Shown in pieces: positions 59,198 to 64,000 of a stretch of 64,000 bases of DNA. A program made the position numbers and the translations under genes. Source of the DNA: a candidate division FCPU426 bacterium (GTDB lineage: Bacteria; Oederibacteriota; PGYV01; Palsa-1178); the NCBI GenBank assembly GCA_963840035.1, contig CAWIXE010000002.1:544001-608000 (forward strand), read 5' to 3'. The notes under the pieces are model-generated. The model did not search any database, was not told the DNA's origin, and saw nothing but the letters and a program-made list of their open reading frames with translations. Within the stretch, counting starts at the first letter, position 1. Each line of letters opens with the position of its first letter.

Positions 59198-60649
59198 ATG
59201 ATAAAAAAACTGGCGGTATTGGCTCTACTTGCCGGGGCGTTGGCCATGATTTTAGGATGCGCCGTCCCAATAACCATTAAAGAGGTAAAACCTGTGACTG
59301 ATGGGCCTGTAAAACCGCTTGAAGAATTACAGAGGGATTTCGCGGAACTGCGTTATGGTATGTTCATTCATTTTGGCATACTGACATACACGGGTTCCTG
59401 GTCGCAGAAAAACCTTGATATCAGCAAATTCAACCCGGAAAACCTTGACTGCGGCCAGTGGGCTTACGCGGCAAAAGCAGGGGGCATGAAGTTCGGCGTG
59501 CTCACAACAAAACATCACGACGGTTTCGCGCTATGGCCTACACAAACAAGCGATTTTTCCGTTAAGGCAATCCCGTGGCGCGGCGGCAAGGGCGACGTGG
59601 TCAGGGAGTTTGTGGACGCGTTCAGGGCAAAAGGCCTCCAGCCGGGATTATATTACTCGGTATGGGATAATACAAAGGGAATCGGCAACAAGCCGGTTAC
59701 CGAAGCTGACATAGAGTACGTCGAAGAACAGCTTAAAGAACTGCTGACAAATTACGGGCCAATTCCGTTGCTCGTCCTTGACGGTTATTCCTGGAAAATG
59801 GGGCACAAAGCAATACCATACGACAGGCTCAGGGCGTTCATCAAGTCGCTGCAGCCAAACTGCCTCGTAATAGACCACACGCATCTGCAGTGCCTGTATG
59901 ACAATGACCTTGCTGTGTTTGAAGAGCCCAAAGGGGTCTTCGCGCCAAAAGGTAACAAAGTGGCATCGGCGCAGGACCAAAAAATCATCGGCGGCAATGA
60001 CTGGTTCTGGGGGCCGTCGACCGAAATGGAAAATCCGATGAGTTTAAAGGACCTGGTTGAAGGCCACCTGATACCGCTTGAGGAAAGATACGCGGTATTC
60101 ATATTAAACTGCCCGCCGAACAGGCAAGGGCTGATGGATGGCAAGATAGTTACAAGGCTTGCTGAAGCAGGCGCAAAATGGAAACCCAATATGAAAAGAA
60201 AACCGCTGCCAGCGCAGGGCCCGCAGAACGAACTGCCTGTTACGCCCGAGAGCGCCGCGGCCACAAGCGGGAACGCGTCATTTGCCATAGACGCTATAAA
60301 CGATTCGTATTTCTATTCAGTCTGGGAATCAGACAAACAGCTCCCGCAGTCGATTACTTTAGACCTGGGAAAATCATATCCTGACATAGGGGTGCTGTGT
60401 TATGTGCCAAAGTACATAACAGTGGAGAAACCCACTGACGAAGGTGCCATAACTTCCTATGAAATATCGGTAAGCGTTGACAATGCTGATTTCAAGAAGG
60501 TGGCTGCAGGCAAATGGGCCGCTGATTCAGCCATGAAAACCGTTGCTTTTGGGGCAGTGCAGGCAAGGTATGTAAGGCTTACCGCTGTTTCCGCCAAAGA
60601 TGGTTTCGCCGCGGCTACGGAAATCAGCGTCGGCAGGGCAATGAAATAG
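59198..60649 (+). CDS. GH29 alpha-L-fucosidase lipoprotein with C-terminal F5/8 (CBM32-like) domain
   Basis: GMFIHFG, TTKHHDGFALW and GLYYSVWD; ITLDLG and ARYVRL; lipobox ILGC. Confidence 0.88.
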   Translation: MIKKLAVLALLAGALAMILGCAVPITIKEVKPVTDGPVKPLEELQRDFAELRYGMFIHFGILTYTGSWSQKNLDISKFNPENLDCGQWAYAAKAGGMKFGVLTTKHHDGFALWPTQTSDFSVKAIPWRGGKGDVVREFVDAFRAKGLQPGLYYSVWDNTKGIGNKPVTEADIEYVEEQLKELLTNYGPIPLLVLDGYSWKMGHKAIPYDRLRAFIKSLQPNCLVIDHTHLQCLYDNDLAVFEEPKGVFAPKGNKVASAQDQKIIGGNDWFWGPSTEMENPMSLKDLVEGHLIPLEERYAVFILNCPPNRQGLMDGKIVTRLAEAGAKWKPNMKRKPLPAQGPQNELPVTPESAAATSGNASFAIDAINDSYFYSVWESDKQLPQSITLDLGKSYPDIGVLCYVPKYITVEKPTDEGAITSYEISVSVDNADFKKVAAGKWAADSAMKTVAFGAVQARYVRLTAVSAKDGFAAATEISVGRAMK

Positions 60650-60686
60650 AATTCGGATAATTTATGGGGGTTGTTTCATAAAACGG

Positions 60687-60714
60687 TTGACTTAAAAGGC
60701 TTTTTCAGTATAAT
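60687..60714 (+). promoter_or_regulatory. Sigma70-type promoter
   Basis: TTGACT-16-TATAAT. Confidence 0.6.
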
Positions 60715-60795
60715 TAGTGTAATTAGGGTTCACGTTTACCCTGAATGATGAAACGTATAAAAGAAAGATATTCTATTAAATTTAAGGAGGATAAG

Positions 60796-61434
60796 ATGAA
60801 AAAAGTTTTAACGGTTTTTGCAGTATGTGTAATTGTTCTTGTTCTGGGTTTTTCAGTAGGATGCAAAAAAGCGGCAACAAGCAACCCGACACCGGAACCC
60901 ACGCCGGTACCGACAGTTGTATTAGAAGATTTTGCGACAGCAGACCTGGGAACCAACGCGTTTAACGGCGCGTGGTTCGGTTACAGCAAGTTTGATACGA
61001 ACAAAACAGACGATCCTTATGGTTTTGGCGTACTGGCGCCCGGATATGATTTCACCGGATATGCCGCGTACCTTACAGCAACCGTTGGAACAGTTTTAGG
61101 AGCTTATGGCGTGTGGTTTGGCTGCAATGTGTCATCAACCGCCTCGGCAAATATTTCACAATATACCGGGATAAAGTTCTACGTAAAAGAGTCTGGCGGA
61201 GCAAACTGTAAGATTTCGGTCCTATCGGACCTGACATCAAAAAATTACCAGTATACATTTACAACTACGTCAAACTGGGCGCTTGTGACTGTCCCGTTCT
61301 CTTCGTTGACTCAGGAAACCACGGATTCGGTGACAATCAATGATGTGCTCGGTACGGCAACAAGGATACTCTGGTCGAATGGTACAAAACCCCAGACACT
61401 TTATCTCTATCTGGATCAAATTGTACTCTATTAA
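60796..61434 (+). CDS. Lipoprotein with Pro/Thr linker and CBM11/CIA30-like domain
   Basis: Lipobox SVGC, PTPEPTPVPT linker, ISQYTGIKFYVK, WALVTVPFSSL and LYLDQI. Confidence 0.72.
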   Translation: MKKVLTVFAVCVIVLVLGFSVGCKKAATSNPTPEPTPVPTVVLEDFATADLGTNAFNGAWFGYSKFDTNKTDDPYGFGVLAPGYDFTGYAAYLTATVGTVLGAYGVWFGCNVSSTASANISQYTGIKFYVKESGGANCKISVLSDLTSKNYQYTFTTTSNWALVTVPFSSLTQETTDSVTINDVLGTATRILWSNGTKPQTLYLYLDQIVLY

Positions 61435-61442
61435 AATGTGAT

Positions 61443-61473
61443 AAAGCGGGGAGCTGAAAAGCTCCCCGCTTTA
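61443..61473 (+). terminator. Intrinsic terminator-like hairpin
   Basis: AAAGCGGGGAGC-TGAAAA-GCTCCCCGCTTT. Confidence 0.75.
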
Positions 61474-61488
61474 ATTTTTGGAGGGATA

Positions 61489-62790
61489 ATGAAAAAAATA
61501 ACCGCAATCATAATACCGGCCTTAATTACTGCCCTGCTTTTATCCGCGTGCGCGAAGAAACAGGAAAAGATACGCGTCATGCACTGGGGCGATGTCATAG
61601 AAATGGGCAACGTCAATACCATAATAAAAGATATTAAAAAAACAAAAGGCATCGATGTTATCCAGGAACGCGCGCCGGCCGGCAACTCTTATATGGAAAA
61701 AATACTCACACAGGCGGCCGCGGGCATGGCGCCTGATATTGTTTTTGTTGAAGTAAGCAATTTTAAGGACCTCTACGACAGGGGGCTGCTGCTTGACCTC
61801 GGGCCTTTCATGGAAAAAGACGCCGCTAAAGAGCTTGACCTGAAGGCGTATTACCCGGAAATAGTGGACAGGTTCACCATTGATAATAAATTATACGTAA
61901 TACCCAGGGACATAGCGCCGATATGCGTTATATATTACAACAAGAAAGTATTTAATGACGCGGGAATCAAATATCCCAAAGACAACTGGAACTGGGCTGA
62001 ATTCCTCGATACCGCAACAAAACTGGTAAAAAAGGAAGGCAATAAAATTACACGCTATGGCTTCCTTGATGAGTGGACCATATGGGACGCCTGGGTATAT
62101 TCTAACGGAGGCGCGCTGGTGGACAATGTAAAAAAACCCACGAAGTGCGTCCTTGATTCGCCTGAGGCAATAGAGGGCATGCAGTTCAGGGCAGACCTTT
62201 CATATAAGTATAAGGTCGCGCCTGAACCCTCGGTAGTGGCGCAGTCATCGCAGGGATGGTACGGGACAGCGGGCATGTTCGTAAACGGACAGGTCGGCAT
62301 GTTTTATACCGGCTACTGGAAATCAAGCTTTTTCAGACAGCAGCAGGACCTGGACTGGGATATTGTGATGTTCCCGAAAGGTCCAAAAGGCAAAAGGGCC
62401 TTCCCGACAGGCGGTTCAGGATATGCCATAACAAGCCAGTGCAAGAATCCCGCGGCAGCCTGGGAAGTATTGAAAAAACTCGCGGGCGAAGAGGGGCAGA
62501 AGGTGCTCGCAAGCCAGGGCGGCCTGCAGCCCGCGATAATCAAGCTGGCTGAATCAAAGCAGTTTATGGATGATAATAAACCGGTAAATAAGAAGATAAT
62601 GCTTGAGGCTGTAAAATACATAGTATTCAGCCCGCTTTTAAAGACGTGGGACGAGATAAACATAGCCCAGCTCGGGCCTGTCCTTGACGACGTATGGAGC
62701 GGCAAATCAACGGCTGAAAAGGCGATGAAAAAAATAGTGCCGAAGATAAATAAGGAATTTTTTCCCGTTAAAAAAGAAGAGAAAAAATAA
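61489..62790 (+). CDS. Sugar ABC transporter substrate-binding lipoprotein
   Basis: Lipobox LSAC, APDIV, IYYNKKVF and WNWAEF motifs. Confidence 0.9.
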   Translation: MKKITAIIIPALITALLLSACAKKQEKIRVMHWGDVIEMGNVNTIIKDIKKTKGIDVIQERAPAGNSYMEKILTQAAAGMAPDIVFVEVSNFKDLYDRGLLLDLGPFMEKDAAKELDLKAYYPEIVDRFTIDNKLYVIPRDIAPICVIYYNKKVFNDAGIKYPKDNWNWAEFLDTATKLVKKEGNKITRYGFLDEWTIWDAWVYSNGGALVDNVKKPTKCVLDSPEAIEGMQFRADLSYKYKVAPEPSVVAQSSQGWYGTAGMFVNGQVGMFYTGYWKSSFFRQQQDLDWDIVMFPKGPKGKRAFPTGGSGYAITSQCKNPAAAWEVLKKLAGEEGQKVLASQGGLQPAIIKLAESKQFMDDNKPVNKKIMLEAVKYIVFSPLLKTWDEINIAQLGPVLDDVWSGKSTAEKAMKKIVPKINKEFFPVKKEEKK

Positions 62791-62831
62791 GCCGTTTTAA
62801 AATTCGACACCACTTTGAGGGAAGGAATTTA

Positions 62832-64000
62832 ATGACAAATACGGTTCTCTTTGCGCGTGCTGCCGCAGGCGGTATGAAAAGAACGGCAGGCAAAATGTTT
62901 ATGGCGTTGTTCTTATTTGCGGTTTTTGCTGTCGGCGTTTTTGCGGCTCCTGCTGCGGGAAATAATGAAGAGCGTATTTTCGTATCCCAGAAGGACGCGC
63001 TGTATAATGATCTTTCAACACTTGCCGGGGCAGGGCTTATTAAGTCAAAAGACGCTGATTATTTTCTGTATAATCCCATAACAAAAAAACAGGCCGCCGG
63101 GTTTATAATTGAGGCGCGTTATTACCTGGGGGTAACACGTCCGGCTGAAGACGCCGTTGATGAAAAGAAATTTACGAAAGTCATCAATTCCTGCGCTTCC
63201 GGATTACAGGAAGAAATAAAATCAGCGCCGGCATTTGCCGTTGTTGCTGTAAATGAATCTGAAGCGCAAAGCCGGCTTGATGGAGTTGAGGCGGCGATAA
63301 GCGACGCTGAAAGCGCCCGTAACGAAACGTTCTTTAACTCCGGTTCGTCCCTGAAAATCGAGGGCATAATAAGCGCTAAATACACGGACCTTGGAGCTTA
63401 TGGCGTATGCCCGTTCAACCATTCGGCTTTTACCGGCACATATATGCAGCTGCTGATCTCAAAAAGCTTTTCAAGCGACCTGTCCTTAAGCATGTACTTA
63501 AACCTTGAACCGCGTTACAACGACCCTGTCATAGGCACAGCATATCCCGATTTTTTTACTCCGTCAAATATTATGGACAATTTCTCCATGAGCTTAAACG
63601 CGGGCCCGTGGAAAATAAGCGGCGGGACCATCTGGGAGGATATTACTTCCTTTATCGCCTCGCAGGGGCCTTCAGACAGGCCCTGGATATTTGAACGCGA
63701 CCAGCTGGCGGCCGATGAAAAGGCAAAGGACCATTACGAGACCATTTTCCGCAATTATTTTCAGTCCCTGGATGACAGGTGGTCAAAACACCCGTGGATG
63801 GGGCTCGAAGTATTTAATGACAAACTCTTCGGCAGGGACCAGCTGAAACTCATGGCCGGAAAGGCCAATAACTTTTATACCAATTATTTATATGAGTTCG
63901 GCGCGCGCTATACCAGGCGCCAGGATATACTCTTTTTTTCCGCGGCTGAATGGTCGGCAAATTTCTATAACACTTCAAACCAGAAAGCTGAAGCGTTTGC
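62832..64000 (+). CDS. Exported protein with SLH-like N-domain and probable beta-barrel (3' truncated)
   Basis: ATG after AAGGA; signal peptide; DALYNDLSTLAGAGLI...PITKKQAA SLH-like pattern; helical linker then a beta-rich region; appears open to the window end. Confidence 0.6.
   Translation, partial: MTNTVLFARAAAGGMKRTAGKMFMALFLFAVFAVGVFAAPAAGNNEERIFVSQKDALYNDLSTLAGAGLIKSKDADYFLYNPITKKQAAGFIIEARYYLGVTRPAEDAVDEKKFTKVINSCASGLQEEIKSAPAFAVVAVNESEAQSRLDGVEAAISDAESARNETFFNSGSSLKIEGIISAKYTDLGAYGVCPFNHSAFTGTYMQLLISKSFSSDLSLSMYLNLEPRYNDPVIGTAYPDFFTPSNIMDNFSMSLNAGPWKISGGTIWEDITSFIASQGPSDRPWIFERDQLAADEKAKDHYETIFRNYFQSLDDRWSKHPWMGLEVFNDKLFGRDQLKLMAGKANNFYTNYLYEFGARYTRRQDILFFSAAEWSANFYNTSNQKAEAF

Overview
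A 64-kb chromosomal segment from an anaerobic, probably diderm bacterium (it has TonB-ExbBD, an SLH-anchored outer-membrane protein and a [FeFe]-hydrogenase); the taxon cannot be fixed from the sequence. The core blocks are the recJ 3' end, nth, a yceD-rpmF-plsX-fabH-fabD-fabG-acpP-fabF-rnc cluster running into acyl-CoA dehydrogenase/etfBA, an NHEJ cluster (two Ku, split LigD, DUF72), ppdK, thyX, a trimeric [FeFe]-hydrogenase with a NuoF-GltD fusion subunit, cspA, an adenylate cyclase, pgi, a TonB system, prfC and xylose/fucoside utilisation genes. The accessory layer is rich. (1) A RAYT (REP-associated tyrosine transposase) has about 16 copies of its GTAG-REP, and other REP families are also present; several REPs carry the same small CCATGTCC...GGA hairpin nested inside them. 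(2) A Y1/HUH transposase has 26-bp terminal inverted repeats and an internally deleted copy, and sits in probable Rhs debris. (3) An IS30 element has a 15-bp target duplication. (4) There is a divergent RelE-like toxin-antitoxin (TA) pair. (5) A TA-like two-gene operon encodes an AbrB/MazE-FliG_C fusion and a second FliG_C-like protein. All family assignments are by eye from motifs; no searches were run.
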